Part shown: piece after piece, positions 38,201-52,560 of the stretch | Layout of the letters: every line of letters begins with the position of its first letter | Numbering within the stretch: position 1 is the first letter of the stretch | From: Lates japonicus | Taxonomy: Eukaryota | DNA length: 64,000 bases | Assembly: GCA_033238685.1 (NCBI GenBank) | Contig: BRZM01000133.1 | Location: 156,481 to 220,480, forward strand | Direction of reading: 5' to 3' | Made by a program: the position numbers and the translations under genes | The notes under the pieces: generated by a model | Seen by the model: the letters and a program-made list of their open reading frames with translations, nothing else | Told to the model about the DNA's origin: nothing | The model's database searches: none

Positions 38201-39086
38201 CTTTTCCTTTAATAAACCTTTATTCTACTCTAAAGTCAAAGCTCTGATGAAACAGCAGTTTAACTTCAGTCCTTCAGAATAAAACTACAGCTCAGGTGTT
38301 TTCTATTTAGATATTTATTATCATGAAAAACAAACAAATATAAAGTCATCACAGATTCATCTGACGTTAAATGAATAAAGCCACTTTCATCTGTTTGATT
38401 CTCTAAAGTAAAAATCACACACAGTCATTAAACATCAGCTACCAGACAACATGTTAGGAAACACTACATTACCCAGAATGCAGCAGTTACAGTCGCTCTA
38501 CAAACCCAGGTTAGTTTAGACTTCTTTTAAACAGAAAATATGGAAGAAAACTATTCTGAAAACAGTCGTAAGACTTGGAGGAAAAACTTAATCAAAGTCG
38601 AAATATAAAGATGGAAAAGAGAAAGAAAAAGTCACATCATTCAGAGAGAATGAATCAATAACATTTAATTCAATATATAACATCCGGTCATTTCAGGAGG
38701 AAGTTGTAATATTCTAAATAAAAAGTCAGATTATAGAATAAAGTCATCGTGTTGCTGTCGTGATGAGAAAAAGATTTTTAAAAACTGCTTCCTGTTGTTG
38801 TTTGTTTCCTTCTTCCTTTAAAGAGCTTTCAGCTGTAAAGTTTCAGACCTCAGACCAGGGTCCAGAACAGAACAGGAAACAGGAAACACAGACAGGTTGA
38901 GTCTGGATTCACTTCCTGTTTGAGTCTAACTCTAGGAGAGGAGGAGGCGTCTGTGTGAGCGTCTCAACATCTCGTTAATCTACAGCATCTTACATTCAAG
39001 TGTTTGTGAGAGGTGGTGTTGCCACGGTAACATGACGGGACTCCCTGAGAGGACGGGCGGGCGGCCATGACGGCGTCAGGTGCGTC

Positions 39087-39201
39087 TCAGAGGGAGTAGA
39101 GCTTCAGCTGCTCCTCCATGTCTCCCTCCGTCACCTCCCCCAGCGCCTCCTGGTTCTCCCTCAGCAGGAGGAAGATGGCCGCCAGCTGCTCCTGTTGCAC
39201 C
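39087..39201 (-). CDS. mxra7: mxra7 last coding exon. It encodes (R)VQQEQLAAIFLLLRENQEALGEVTEGDMEEQLKLYSL followed by a stop.
   Basis: Acceptor cttcccag|G. The translation matches the human MXRA7 C-terminus '…VQKEQLAAIFKLMKDNKETFGEMSDGDVQEQLRLYDM*'. TGA stop at 39087-39089. Confidence 0.8.
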
Positions 39202-40699
39202 CTGGGAAGTCGGACGACACAGACATGAACACCCTGTTTACAACAAGCTGATGTGTGTGTGTGTGTGTGTCTTTAGCCCAGACACAGCAGAGAACCTGCT
39301 CAGAAACATCTGGAGCCTCCAGACTCCACAGATCCCAGTCTGATCCAGGATCTGACCTACACAGCATCAGACAGTTGGTTTTAACCCCTTAGTGGAGTCA
39401 GTGGAGACCAACACACTCCCCAATGTCAGGGGCCTCCCCCTGCAGGACAGGCCCGCTACACCGCCAAGCCTGCTCAGAAACATCTGGAGGAACACGACAA
39501 AGATCCAGTCTGATCCAGGATCTGTGAGACTACCAAAACAGCTGTGACCCGTCAGAGCGTGGACACCGGACCTCTGGAGGTGTCCTGTGGTGTCTGGATC
39601 CTGTGGGTCCTGTTGGTTGTGGGGTGGGGGGGTTGGGGGGGGGCTCCATGGATTCTCAGAAGGTTCGAGACACGACTTTGAGATTTGATCTCTAACGGTT
39701 TTATTTCTTATTTTAGCTTTTAAAATGTTTCACTGTGATTTTTGTTTCTTTAATCATCAGTTTCTCTGTGAAGACGTTTGAACTGCACTGACCTGTATGA
39801 AAACTGCTGTTTAAATAAAGTTTGACTGATTGAATCCGAATGAAAATGATTTAAACGTTTTTGGGTTTAATCATCTGTATAATTCAATGTTACTGTCACT
39901 TAAACACATAAAGAAACAAACAGGACAGAAGCTGGTTGAAGAAGCACTGTTGTTTTAAAATGTGAAATGATATTAAAATGAACGTGTCTGATGAAAACAC
40001 AATGAACAACATGAGCTCAGGTTTATTTCACACATTTATTTCATTTAACATTTAAACCAAACTCAGCAGGTTAATGTCGGGTTACTGTTTTAACAGACTA
40101 AACTAAACCCAGGCTGAACTTCATCACATTTAGACGACGGTTTAATAGATTGAACCAAAACATCACACACACCTTCCTCTAACTACACACACTCTGTTTC
40201 TGTTCATCAGCTCTTCCTCTTCAGGGTTTAACTCCTGAAAGTTTCCCTTCGCTTTAAAAAACCTTCCAGACAAAAAGCAGACGGTGAAAACACAGATTCC
40301 TGAAGGCACTTTGGTGTAAAGACGTTTGCTATTCACAAGCAGCTCAAAGCAAAAAGAGTGAACTAGGATAAAGACGGGCAGGTTTTTAAATTCCCTACAA
40401 ACTGCATAGCTGAAGGTTCATCCTCCTCCTCCTCAGCGTCTTCACAGATCAGCTGTAGTAAAACAGAGAAGACAGAAGCTGAGGGGAGTGTTCACTCTGC
40501 TGTGGATCATTCAGGTGCTCTGAAAGGAGAGAAAAACACGAGCAGATCAGTTTCTGAGTACAATCAATCTGATGGAAAATTTTATTTGTTAAGAAGCAAA
40601 ACACAGTTTTAAAGAGGTGTTTTCTACTGTTCCAGGTTTCTATTTATTTTCACTCTCTCCAGTATTTTTGAAAATTCATGTAAATGATCGCCAGGGACA

Positions 40700-40977
40700 C
40701 TATATATCACTAACTGTGTGGTACTTTTACTTCAGTAAAGTATCTGATTACTTCTTCCACCACTGAAAGTCACACAGTAACACAGACACACTAACAGATG
40801 GAGGCAGTGGTATTCCAGCAGCGCCCCAGCAAAACCTTTCTTGTTTTTGTCAATGGAGTCTGCAGTGAGCATGAGATGTTTCTGGTTAAACTAAAAGGAT
40901 CTTCCTCTTTAATAAAAAGCTCTGTCTCTGTAGGAATCCTCTCATCATGTTGTTGTGACTCTGTCAGTGCTGATCTC
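40700..40977. mobile_element. Family A copy in opposite orientation: loop, right arm and an inverted 5' extension. The left arm is deleted.
   Basis: 'ctgtgtggtacttttacttcagtaaagtatctgattacttcttccaccactgaaagtcacacagtaacacagacacactaacagatggaggcagtggtattccagcag…' is followed by the reverse complement of the 5' extension. Confidence 0.8.
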
Positions 40978-43012
40978 ATCATTTACATGGAGAATAAGAC
41001 CCAGGTTCAAAAACGTCTTGAGTTATCCTCAACTCTGTTAAAGAAGTTTCTCATCATACTGATAAATGACATAGTGTGAGAGCAGGTTCATCTGAGCAGC
41101 AGTACCCACCGTTAGCTGTGGTGTTGAAGTGGCATGGGTTAGCAGAGGAGCAGCACAGGCCGGACACAGGCCCCACAGATGACCCAGCCTGAAGTAAAAT
41201 TTACAGAAGAGAAGGAGCTCGGAGCTCAGCGACTGAAACCACCACCAGAGCCAGAGCAGCTCGAGTCGGAGGCAGGAAGCTGCTGCAGGACCTGAACGCT
41301 TCAGAGGAAAAACACAGACGACTTCATCCTCAGACCTGAGACGACTTATTAAACTACACACGTGACTGATTCAGACTGAACACTCTCTCTCTGGAGCTCA
41401 GACACCTGTGGTTTATTCTTATACCCTATGTTTATTAAATTCAGTTTAAATCATCAGCCTGGAACAAACTCCTGCAGGTCTACCTTGAATCAAAGCTGTA
41501 TTTTTACCTGTTTCCTTATTCTTATTTTCCATGATCTCTTTTCATTTTATCTAAATGCTTCTTTATATCACCTGAGCTGCTTTGATATGTCTAAATCTCC
41601 TGTCAAACACTGGAGAGTCACCTGACGTTAGAGGTTGAACTGTACATGGACTGTGTAATGACTGAGTCTGTCCCAGAGGCGCCTGCACAAGAAGCACATC
41701 ACTTCCCACTGGGCCAAGGTTACTAAAAATAATAAATACAAATAGAAATCATGTCTTTAACTGTTAAAGGATCAGATCGAGTCCAGATGGAACTTCCTGT
41801 GTCCTAGCCAGACTGAAGCTGCAGACCTGACGCCTGACGAAATAGCAAAGGATATGAAGTTTTGGCAGGTGGCTCCTACAATCAGAGCTGTAATTGATAT
41901 TAAAGTCCACACCCTCTGAGTTCAGTCATGAACAGACGTCATCACTCCGAGTTTGATTTTTCAAATAGAATCACACATGAAAGAAAACTCAGCTTAAATA
42001 CTCCTGCATCTGAACAGTTTATATTTACTGAGCTGGACTCCAGCTGTTACCAGTGTATTTAGGTACAGTGATGAAGTAATCTATAATTCTATAACTCAGT
42101 TTACAAAGACGTCATGGATTTCTGTAGCTCCAAACTCACACGATTCAACTTAACGTGTCAGAGTCACTGTGTGAAATGAGAGGACTTACTTTGATCTTCT
42201 TGTACTTTAACTTGTAACAGAGTACTTGTACTCTGGATCTTGAGTCAGGTTAAAGATCTGAGTCCTCCACACTGTGAACCTGTTTCATACCTCACACTCT
42301 GTAGCTCTTCTATCTTTAGATTTGTTATCGTATCGCTTTCTCTCTCTGTTATTTTGAGGCTCTTGTATTTTCAGTGTATGTGACGCCCTGATGATAAACC
42401 CGCTGCCTCTCTGGAAACATTTTCATTGGGGAGGCTGGTCTCAGCTCGGAGGAGAGAGCGCCTTTGTGTTTTATAGCTGAAGCTCCTATAGGATCTTTTG
42501 TGTTTCCTGTATAGATGTCTTATCCCCTCGGAGCACACGTGATCCACATCGGCCTCTTTTGTGTGATCTGGGTCAGACTCCGAGCGTGCACACTGGGCTC
42601 TGCTGGGAGGTTTAAGTTCCAGGACCGAGGCCTCGGTGTCTCTGTGTGCTGTCTGATAATAAGAGGATGAGCAGAGGAGGCGTCTCCATCTGTAACAGCT
42701 GGCTGTCAACACGCCAACCATGTGACCCATCTATCCACCACTGAACAACATGAACTGCTCATTCCTCATGACGTAACTAAGTACATTTTCCTGGTTACAC
42801 CTCTATACCTTTACTTGTAATGGAGTATTTTTACATGAACAAAATACTTTTACTCAGTAAGGAGCTCTGCACTACCACTCAAATATTTGACCTTATGAAC
42901 TAGATATGAGTGAGAGACAAAGGAGGCGATGGAGCGAGGTTATCAACTAACGTCGACACGTTGTTTGGTTTTCTCTCTCTCTCCTCTTCTGTCTTCGCAG
43001 GTATTTCTGCTC

Positions 43013-43370
43013 GCGGAGCTGTAGAGTCTGGATCTGTGACAACAAGCCCTGCTGCTCCCACAATCCTGCTCAACGATCAAGTTCTTACATTGAAAATGTA
43101 TCAGTCTTATTACACACTGTTATTACTGTTATAACTATCATTATTATTTTTATAGCTACCCACCCCCCTCCTTTCTTAACCCAACCAGTCGAGGTAGATG
43201 TCCGCCCACCCTGAGTCTGGTTCTGCTCGAGGTTTTGCTTGGTGCTGCTCATAGTGGATCTGTTGGGTCTCTAATATAAAGAGAACAGTTTCGACCTGCT
43301 CTGTATGAAAAGTGCCTCGAGATAACGTCTGTTGTGATGTGGTGCTGTATAAATAAAAACTGACTTGAGC
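43013..43370. mobile_element. Family B second copy, also preceded by a (CT)n tract.
   Basis: It aligns to 19596-20026 along its whole length. A third, 75-bp fragment lies at 46795-46870. Confidence 0.8.
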
Positions 43371-45179
43371 TGTTCAATAAAACATGATGTTAAAAATGCA
43401 TGAAAATCAAAGGGGAGAGAGGGGGACAAGTGATGGATCAGTAGGGATAGACTGATGATTCATTATTTATCAGTATCCATCAGCAGATCAATAATCCCTC
43501 ACGTCATGTGATCGATCCAGGAAACAGATTTAAAAAGAGCCTGATGGTTTTCAAAATAAATATTAAATCTTCAAATCATTTCTATTGATCAGATCTGCAG
43601 AAAGATTCGATAGCTCCACTCTGGTTGTGTCCTGGTGGTTTCCATCAGTTCATCCGAATCTGTGAGCTGTGGGGGTTGGTTTACGGGGGTGGAGGTTTGG
43701 GCAGCTAAGTGGAGGACAGGTTGTATTTAATAGAAACGCCGCCTACCATCTCCTTCCAACACACTGAGTCTGTTGAGGTAAGACTATAGAGAGGTAAAAT
43801 CTGACGTAGTTTCATCCTGAAAAGATAAAGGTGGGAGGCAGTCACACACCTGGCCGACTCATACACACAAAACACACAACACTTGAGCCTTATCAGCCCT
43901 AAGACACAACACACACTGTGTCAGTAGGAAACACAACTTCACCTGGAGTCAGGAAATAAAGTGATGGATAAATTAAAGTGAGGTTCAGCTGAGCAGTTTA
44001 CGCCTCCTTTCATTGACCTGCCTGTTTGACGCTCGCTCAAAGGTGACGGTTTGAGCTTATGCAGATGAACGTACACGCCAGAAACAGTGACCTCTAATTT
44101 GCACTTGAGGTTTAGTGACTGACTATAACAGAGTTGTATCTGACTGTGAAAGTATTGATTACAGTGAGCTGTGTCTGTCCAGCTGCAGGAGCGCAGTGGA
44201 GGGAGTTCAGAGACGTCTGTGAATGTTCTACATTCTTGTTCACTGGAGGGTGCAATATGAACATGGAGAAGAGTTTGAGCAGGAAGAATCAGACCTTTCC
44301 ACGCAGACGAGACGCTCACGTGTCAGATTCACATGTTGTTTGGTTCCTTGAAGGACTGAGGCTTGATGCGCAGCCTGGTGACGGTTCAGCTAGTTGGACT
44401 GAATAAAACATGGTGCTGTAGGACGGGCAGAGGCGTCATTCACACCAGCTGAGGACAGAGTTTATAGAAACTTATGGAGGGAGATGAATGAGGAAGTTGG
44501 ACGAGGTTGTTGTCGTTTGGCCCTGACATGAGAGATGTGAAGGGAAATAAAGTCAACATAGACAAAGACTTTCCTCCTCTGCTCTAAAAACTCAACAGAA
44601 ACACACAACACAGCCTCACAGACCACAGAGATTTCTTAAGAGTTTTAAAAAACAGCCTCCAATCAGAGAGAGCTGCAGACGTCCACTCCCCCACTGAGCA
44701 AAAAAAGAAACAGCAGAAATAAACTACAGTCGTGGCTTCAGCCTCCGTCCAGCTGCAGACTCACTGACAGACAGACAGACTGAGGATTATATAACACCAC
44801 TCTATTCACTGGATGAATGAACAGTCTGTTAATCCACAGAGACTCAGATAATCAGTCATTTCCAACATGAAACACTGATTCAAGACTCATCAAAAACAGA
44901 GATTAGAAAACCTGAGAGTTTCATGTCTGGAGAAGAGAACATCATCTTTCTGTGTTCTACACACTCCATCCCAGCCTCACACACTCCTCAACATCCACAC
45001 GTCATCAACACCTGAGTGTGGACGCGAAAAGAAAACTGGTTCCTCAGCTGTAAATGATGAAGCTGGAAGCAGAGCTGAAGTTTCTCTCACTCCACCCACC
45101 CCCACCTCTCATGGCTGTGCAGGACTGAAGTTTGCTTCTCTCTCCACATGCAGGATGAAACAAACGAAACACAGCAGGA

Positions 45180-45181
<2 letters not shown>

Positions 45182-45212
<31 letters not shown>
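45182..45212. repeat. (GT)15 microsatellite in mxra7 intron 2, 65 bp from the exon 2 donor.
   Basis: 'gtgtgtgtgtgtgtgtgtgtgtgtgtgtgt'. Confidence 0.9.
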
Positions 45213-45214
<2 letters not shown>

Positions 45215-45276
45215 GAACATGCCGGACGTCATGCCGTATCATCACCGCCGTGACGGCAGAATGACAGTGAACTGAC

Positions 45277-45422
45277 CTCTGCTCCTCCTCGATCTCCTCC
45301 TTCGTCATCAGCGTCTCGAACTTGCTCTGTTTCTTACCGGGAGTGAACTTCACTTTATCTTCAGCTGCAGCCACGTCTGAAACACCAGATACACCAGAGT
45401 CACTGCCTCTATCCTCCCGACC
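45277..45422 (-). CDS. mxra7: mxra7 coding exon 2. It encodes GREDRGSDSGVSGVSDVAAAEDKVKFTPGKKQSKFETLMTKEEIEEEQ(R).
   Basis: Acceptor ttgcag|GGTCGG and donor CAGAG|GTCAGT. 'KFTPGKKQSKFETLMTKEEIEEEQR' matches human MXRA7 'FKYSPGKLRGNQYKKMMTKEELEEEQR'. Phase is continuous with both flanking exons. Confidence 0.8.
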
Positions 45423-45767
45423 CTGCAACCACTCTGATAAAGGATTTATTATTTTTAAGAAGTAATGCTGCAAATATTTGCAGGTTGCAGTTTCTCAAAC
45501 ATGAAGATTTGCTTTTGCTTTTTCTTTGTTTTATATCACATTCAACGTAGTTCTGGACGACTGCTTAATAAAACCTGCATTTTCACATTTTCACATTTTA
45601 TAAAGTAAACAATAATTAAAACCATTGAGAAAATTATCTGTAGATTAACTAGATGAACATAATCATCTGTTACACAATATCAACTGCACTATTTCTCATT
45701 TCTCCATGTATTTGGGGTAAAATGACTGAGAGAGACAAAACTAAACTAAACTGTGCACCCCAGTGTG

Positions 45768-46132
45768 CTTGTTTTTACCACTGACAGACTCAGATTGTTA
45801 TTCCTTGTGTCTGACAACATGATGATAGGATTCCTACAGAGACAGAGCTTTTATTAAAGAGTCAGATCCTTTTAGGTTTAATCCAGAAATATCTCTATAT
45901 ATTATTATTAGATTTATTGACAAAATAGGATTTTACTGAGCCGTTGATTAATTTATCTGTTAGTGTGTTTGTGTTACTGTGTGTACTTTTACTGCAGTAA
46001 AGTATCTGATTACTTCTTCTACCACTGAAAGTCACACAGTAACACAAACACACTAACAGATGGAGGCAGCTGTAGATTAGCAACTCCCTTCTTCTGCTCG
46101 GTAAAATCCCTGTTTTTGTCAATGGAGTCTGG
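45768..46132. mobile_element. Family A near-complete copy (5' extension, diverged left arm, loop, right arm) in mxra7 intron 1.
   Basis: Both arms align to other copies, though the left arm is partly degenerate. Confidence 0.8.
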
Positions 46133-47329
46133 TGGTGATACATAAGTGATGTTTGTGGTTATATTTTGTACAGCTCACATACACCTGTTGGTCACCTGTT
46201 GTGTCACAGGTTGCAGGGACATAAAGCTGATTGTCAGTCTGGACAGCGGCTGTTGTTCGGGGGCAGCCAAGTGCTTTACTGCCTGTTCAAGATTAAGCAT
46301 CATCCTCTTCAGCAGATGGCCGCCCACCTCCAGCATTACCGCCAACACTGATACAGCACACACACACACACACAGTCAGTGTAAACAGCTGGTACAGACT
46401 GGCCAACATGTGCACTGACTTCCTGCTCGAGGAGTGTGTGTGTTTCAGGTGTGAATAAGCTTAAGTGTTGCCTTTTCTTCCTGAGCAGTGGTCAATCTCA
46501 TGGTCAGAGGATGAAAACCATCAGACTGATTGATGTTTTTTCTCTGAGTCTAAATCCATACAATCATCATGTGATGTATTATAATTCAACAAAAAAACCT
46601 GTGTCTGTGTGTTGTAAATCGACAGCTCTGCTCTGTTTACCTTCCTGAAATGACTCTATCTGTTGAGCATAAAACACGACATCAGCCTGATGCACCAGGC
46701 TGCTTTTCTACTCAAACATCTGATTCAGTGAAAACAAAAGAAGCCTCTGATCCATACAGATCCACTGAGATATCCTACATTAGAGCAGCTCGTCCTCAGC
46801 TCCAGCTCATCAGCATGGAGCTGTAGAGTCTGGATCTGTCACGCCATGCCTCCTGCTGCTCCCATGATCCTGCTCAACAGCAGCTATTACATTTAAAATT
46901 TATCAAAAATATATCTGGTGCACAAATTGCTTTTTCGGCAGCAACTAATTATTATTTTCATTATCAATTAATCTATTGACGACTGTGTTCGGCCACACTG
47001 ACAAATGTCCGTCATGTCTCTGGTGATGCTTTCAAATGTCTCGCTTTGACACTGAACAGAGAAAAGCAGCAAATCTTCTCAACACGGAGAAATCAAAACT
47101 ACAGAGGATCGAGTAAAGAACAAATTACTTCAACGATTAATCGATGATCGTACAGCTTCTGACTAATTGACTGATTTAATAATCGGCGAATCGTCAGAGC
47201 CTGGGCTGATTAACCTGTTTAATCTGAGAGAAAACCTGTTGAACAGGATGTTCGAGCCCATCCACTGAGACCCAGTTCTACTAAGACTGGACCTGAGCAA
47301 ACGAATATGACCGTATCTGGTCTAGATAG

Positions 47330-48060
47330 AACAGGGTCTTACCATTGCTGAGGACGGCCCTGGCAGGTTCTGGGTTTGAGCTTGGGTGACTCCTCTGGGA
47401 CCGGTTCAGGGTCGGCAGGCTGTCTCTGTAGAACCAGGGACCAGCCCGGTAGACTCCTCCACAACCTTCTCTGGTTCCGCCACAGGCTGCTGGACTCACT
47501 TCAGGTACCGGGTTCAGGCACCACCACAGGCTCTGGTTCTGGGACTGCAGTTGGTTCTGGGACAGTCTAGGTACTGATACTGTCTTGGGACTGCAGATGG
47601 TTCTGGGACAGGTTTCAGCCTGATACTGGTTCTGGACTGCAGATGGTTCTGGACAGGCTCTGTACTGATACTGGTTCTGGGACTGCAGCTGGTCTCTGGG
47701 ACAGGTTCTACTGATAATGGGTTCTGGGACTGCAGCTGTTCTGGGACAGGTTCTGTACTGATATCGGTTCTGGACAGGTTCAGGTACTGATACCGGTTCT
47801 GGGGACTGTAGCTGGTCTTGGGACAGGTTCAGGTACTGATACTGGCCCGCACAGGTTCTGGGCTCTGGAGTAGGTTCTGGTACTGCAGCTACTTTGTACT
47901 GCAACTGGTTCTGGCACAGTCTCTGGTACCAGACAGGTTCTGCCTCTTTACTGGTACTGCTGTATAGGTCTGGTTCTTGGACAGGTTCTACTTTTAGCTG
48001 GTACTGAACAGGTTCTGGTTTTACTGGTTCTAAGTTGGATACTGGTTCTGGGTATAGCCT
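47330..48060. repeat. Minisatellite in mxra7 intron 1, with imperfect units of about 45-50 bp ('…actgatactggttctgggactgcagctggttctgggacaggttctgt…').
   Basis: The motifs 'ggttctgggac', 'tgcagctgg' and 'tactgatac' recur in tandem across about 730 bp. The array explains the 262-aa ORF 47281..48069. Confidence 0.8.
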
Positions 48061-48295
48061 GAAAGACAAAAGGTTTTCAAACAGGATGAAAATGTAAAGT
48101 TACAGCGACAGTTGAACGGAGCAGTTGTTTGTTTTATCAGTTGTTGATAAGACCACATGACTGTCGCTCTGAAATAGAAGTGTTTCAACAGACCTGATCC
48201 AGATTCTGTAAACCTTATTGGTGAAACCCGTGATTCTATAAAGTACGCTATGAAAACAGATAAAATTCGTCTTTTGTCAAGGATTTATCAACATC

Positions 48296-48499
48296 ACTAT
48301 ATATCAGAACCAGACTCCATTGACAAAAAAATAGGAATTTTACTGAGTAGAGCTACACGGGCTGCTTGATCTGTTAGTGTGTTTGTGTTACTGTGTGACT
48401 TTCAGTGATGGAAGAAGTAATCAGATACCTTTATTGAAGTAAAAGTACCACACAATCTGAGTCTGTCCGTGGTAAAACAAGAACTTTAGTGGACGGACT
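48296..48499. mobile_element. Family A rearranged copy: left arm, loop and an inverted start of the 5' extension.
   Basis: 'atatatcagaaccagactccattgacaaaaaaataggaattttactgag…ctgttagtgtgtttgtgttactgtgtgactttcagtgatggaagaagtaatcagatac…' is followed by the reverse complement of 'agtccgtccactaaagttcttgttttaccac'. Confidence 0.7.
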
Positions 48500-51400
48500 T
48501 TAACGTGAGCCCATCGCCCTTGGATTACACTGCAGCATTTATACAAGAAAACATAAGGCCCAAAGTTATCCTTTAATAAACTGATACTTTAGGGCAGAAA
48601 CACAGCCTGCAGCACTGATCAGAGGAATAATCAATATATCATCAGGGTCAAACTGCATCATCTGTACATGATGCTGACTGGACTGTTGACCTCTGACCCT
48701 GACAGAGTGACTGCCCTGTGGATGACTACTGTCAGTGGCAGCCTGGAGTGCTCAGCTTCGCCGCTGACACCAGGACAACAAAACTGCCCTCAGTGTCGCA
48801 TCTGTCCTCTCCCACCACCTGACAACCCACACACATGTATGTGCCTGTTCAGAGTGCCCCCCGCCTCCACAGACGCACCTGTCCCTTCTTCTCTCTCTGA
48901 AGTACGGAGTTTATGAGTTTGAGCATCTGAGCAGCAGATCTGGTTTCTCTGTCGGCCTCTGTGCTGCAGCCAAACATTTCACAATTCACTGATTCACACT
49001 CAGCTGGAGTATTTATTCACATAGTTTGGATGTGGATTTTAACTAAGCTTCATGCAACATTATAATATGAACTAACCAATTAATCAATCAGTAAAAGAGA
49101 AAGTGATCAGAAGACGAACCCATCAAGAAAAATGATCAGTCTATCCAGCCACACAACAGTAAAATGATGAGTACTTTACTTTGAGTACATTTTACCTCTA
49201 TACATCTCCTTGGCAGTAGCTGGATTACTTTTACTCTGAGTAACTGTTGTGATACTGTATCTAAGCAGAAAAGAGGTTATGGTGTTCCTGTCCGTCCCAT
49301 CAGTCAAATCCAGCCTGGACCCGGACAGATGACACTCCTGCTCCTGATGACTCACCACACTGGGACAACTGGTGCATCTAGGAGGTATTAAATATTCCTG
49401 CCAGCCTGCCTGCTGCCCGCCTGGTCTCTTAATCCCACGGCAGCCGAAACACCGGCCTTCCTCTGCCTCTGAATTCCTGGGCTGTGAAACAGCAGAATAA
49501 TCTGCACGGTACAGAAACGACTCGAGACTAAGTGTTCATAGTCACAGAGTCATTAACTCACACAATGAGTCAGCACGATGATGAAGTGTAGTCCCAGTAG
49601 GAAACTAAGGCCCAGCTTTCACTGCTGACCTAAATTGGGCAAATATGTTTGTCCGTGAGTGAGTCCTACATGAGATCATCCAGTGTGATGGATGAAGTTC
49701 TGCTGTGGGGGAATGAATCAACTGAGGAGCATGAGAAATCTGAAGGTTGTTTCTGCTAGGAAAAATGTTGCAAAATACAACGGTGAGTCATATACAAGTT
49801 TAGAAAGATAAACCACTTACTTTTTTAGATTCCTGATCAAGATTATAAATACTGATTCAATAGAAGACGCTAAATGTAGATGATGGTTCCTTGATTAAGA
49901 TTATGATGAACTGGAATCAAGATGATAAATATCAAATGAGTGGTATTAAATCGCTAAATTGAGATTATTAGACTAAATCAACAGTATAAAATATCAAAGT
50001 GAGATTATGAGACACACCAAGATTATAAAAAGACTAATTTAATCCTGGACACACAATCTAGTTTATACACATGATCATCTTTAATAAACTGTATATTTAT
50101 TACACTATGTCACTAAACTAATTTTAAAGGTCCAGAGGATAAAGGAGCTCTGCCTCTGATTAATCCAAGTCATCCTGGCCTTTCTGACCTCTGAGAGCAT
50201 TTCCTGGTAAATATATCCCAATCTGTAACATTACACTGAGGCTCCTCTCATAAAGCCATTTTAGCTCAGTAACAGGCACTGATCTCCTGGCATGTGGGGA
50301 ATTTAGTGAACTACCTGAGCAAACAGTGAGGACGAGGCAGATCCAGACGGTGACGAGCCTGAGGCAGCGAGCTGACAGAGCATCACCATAGAGACCGGTC
50401 AAACAGGAGGTTTCTACCACATCACAAATATTACACTTCACCACACTAACGTTTGCTGTAACATCAGAGATAATGAAGTCAACACACCAAGTTCAAACAT
50501 GTTGCTACGGTGCTGTAAAGACTTGAGCATCCATGTTTGACTTCAGCTGGAACACTGTTAACTCAGAGGTGACGCCACCCCAGGTATGACCTCCAGCTTG
50601 ATGGAAATTGAACGCAGCATCAGATTTTCGATCTTTTTATACTACGACATAATTATTGTACTATCAGACAGCAGCACACGATGCAGCTGTGGTCGAATAA
50701 GCTGCTGCACAGATGACACGAGGGCTTGTTTCACTTGTAATATAGTAAATAAAATAAAATGTAAAATGTCATTCAGTAATGACTTGTGGCATTTGTTTAT
50801 TATCTTTACACGCTAACTAATAATTATTTAGTTAGCTGACATGCTAACATTAGCTGCTTTTAACATGTGTTCTTGGCCTCAGAGGGATTTTTAAAAAGAC
50901 TCATGTTCCAACAGAAATGTCTCTAACTACAGTGTGAACATGTGGAGAAAGGGCTAGCCCACAGTCAGATACAATGACGTGACGCACAATGAGGCTGTAA
51001 TTCCAGACAATCTGTCTGTGGAAACCACTGCCAACCTCTACATCTTTTAGAACCCAATTAGGGTCTTCCCATGAGTTAATCACTGCAGGATGCTGTGCTG
51101 AGGATAAACCAGTGGGTGTAGTGGCATTGGTACAGAGGGTCTTTTGGTCGGTGGGGGGTAGGCTGTAATAGGCTGTTGTTGTGGTAGAGACCTTCCATCT
51201 CTGCCCTGGTTCTGTAGCCCAAACACAGACTCATTGTTCTAGTTTTATCTCCTCTTCAGCCTCTGACGCCGCCCATTTATAAAACAGGGACAACCTGGAC
51301 ACTCTCGACTTTGTTCTCTGTAGGGAAATGTCTGCAGGACTGTCTCAGAGCTGTGCAGAGGCACACACCAGGTGTAAGAGAGATGACAGTGTCATTTTCC

Positions 51401-52221
51401 AGGGTTGACTACGCCAGGCTGTTTTGACACTGTAGAGGTGGGATTATTGAGGACTAACACTGGTCTCTGGTTTCCTTCTACCTCTCAGGTTGTGACTGAG
51501 ATACAGATTGTTACAGTGTCATCACAGAGGAGAAACTGCTTTGAATCCTCTGTTGTGTCTTTTTCTTTCTGGGTCTCACTGCAATTGCTGCCTCGGCTGC
51601 AGCCCAGCCACAAAAAGACCAAAACATGCCAGGATCTGAAGGTCAAGCAGCAGCCTCTGAAATCACTCACAGGAGGAGGAATTAGCTGATGTTGTGATAC
51701 ATGAAGCCATTGTTTTCTCCTGGTTTTGATGGCCAGCCAACAGCTCTGTGGAGCAGAGGTGTACTGAGCCAGACCAGAGCAGACCAGAGCAGACCAGGGC
51801 CTCAGAGGCAGAAACAGGGCTGGGCCAGGGGGAAATACCAGCAGAGGTAAGGCCAGACTGCAGGAGGAGGTCCAACGAGAAAACAGCTCAGACTGGCTAC
51901 TGTCTACAGTCTGATAAAACCTAAAGAGATGAGAGGTCAAGTAACTTACAGAGACCACACACGCCCATCGGATGATTCAGTCCTCTGCTTTAGGAGGACA
52001 ACTGACTGACAGATGAGTTAAAAGCCAGAGGACGGTGCCGACATGACAAATAAAGTTTAGAGCTACAAATAAAATCTACATAAAGATACAACGACAAACG
52101 CTGGTAAAGAGGACCAAAATAACATTTTATGGGTGACAGACCTGGAAACTGACATGCTTTGGGTGAACTAAATGCTTTAAAGTTTTGAAATAAAATAAAC
52201 TATAAAAAAAATAGCTACTAA

Positions 52222-52560
52222 ACTCCTGCAGTGATGATGTGTTTCTGTAGTCCGCCCTGAAGTTAGTTATTTTTCATTGTGTTCTGATTATTCCATAAAA
52301 TAAACTCGTGAGCAGCTAAAGTTTCTGATCCTCCAGGTTTAGTTGATCAGATAATTCTACAGATGAACACTAATTGTTCCATGTTTCAGTTTTCCAAATC
52401 CAACTCCAGAAGTAAAAGCTAATGTTAGGCTATAAAACCAACCATACACCACGGTCACATGACGTCAATGTCTCCACCCACTAAGCTTCCAACTGGTCAT
52501 TTCTATCGCCTGAGCTCTCTACAAAAAGCCTTTCTTCTTAGAAAGTTAGTGATAGTTTGA
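52222..52560. mobile_element. Family C second copy.
   Basis: It matches 23663-24030 at more than 90% identity. Confidence 0.8.

Noticed and set aside
47281-48069. The 262-aa minus-strand ORF, the longest in the window.
   Set aside because: It coincides with a tandem minisatellite. Its periodic PEPV/QNQYQ translation mirrors the DNA repeat, and there is no start context, splice logic or homology.
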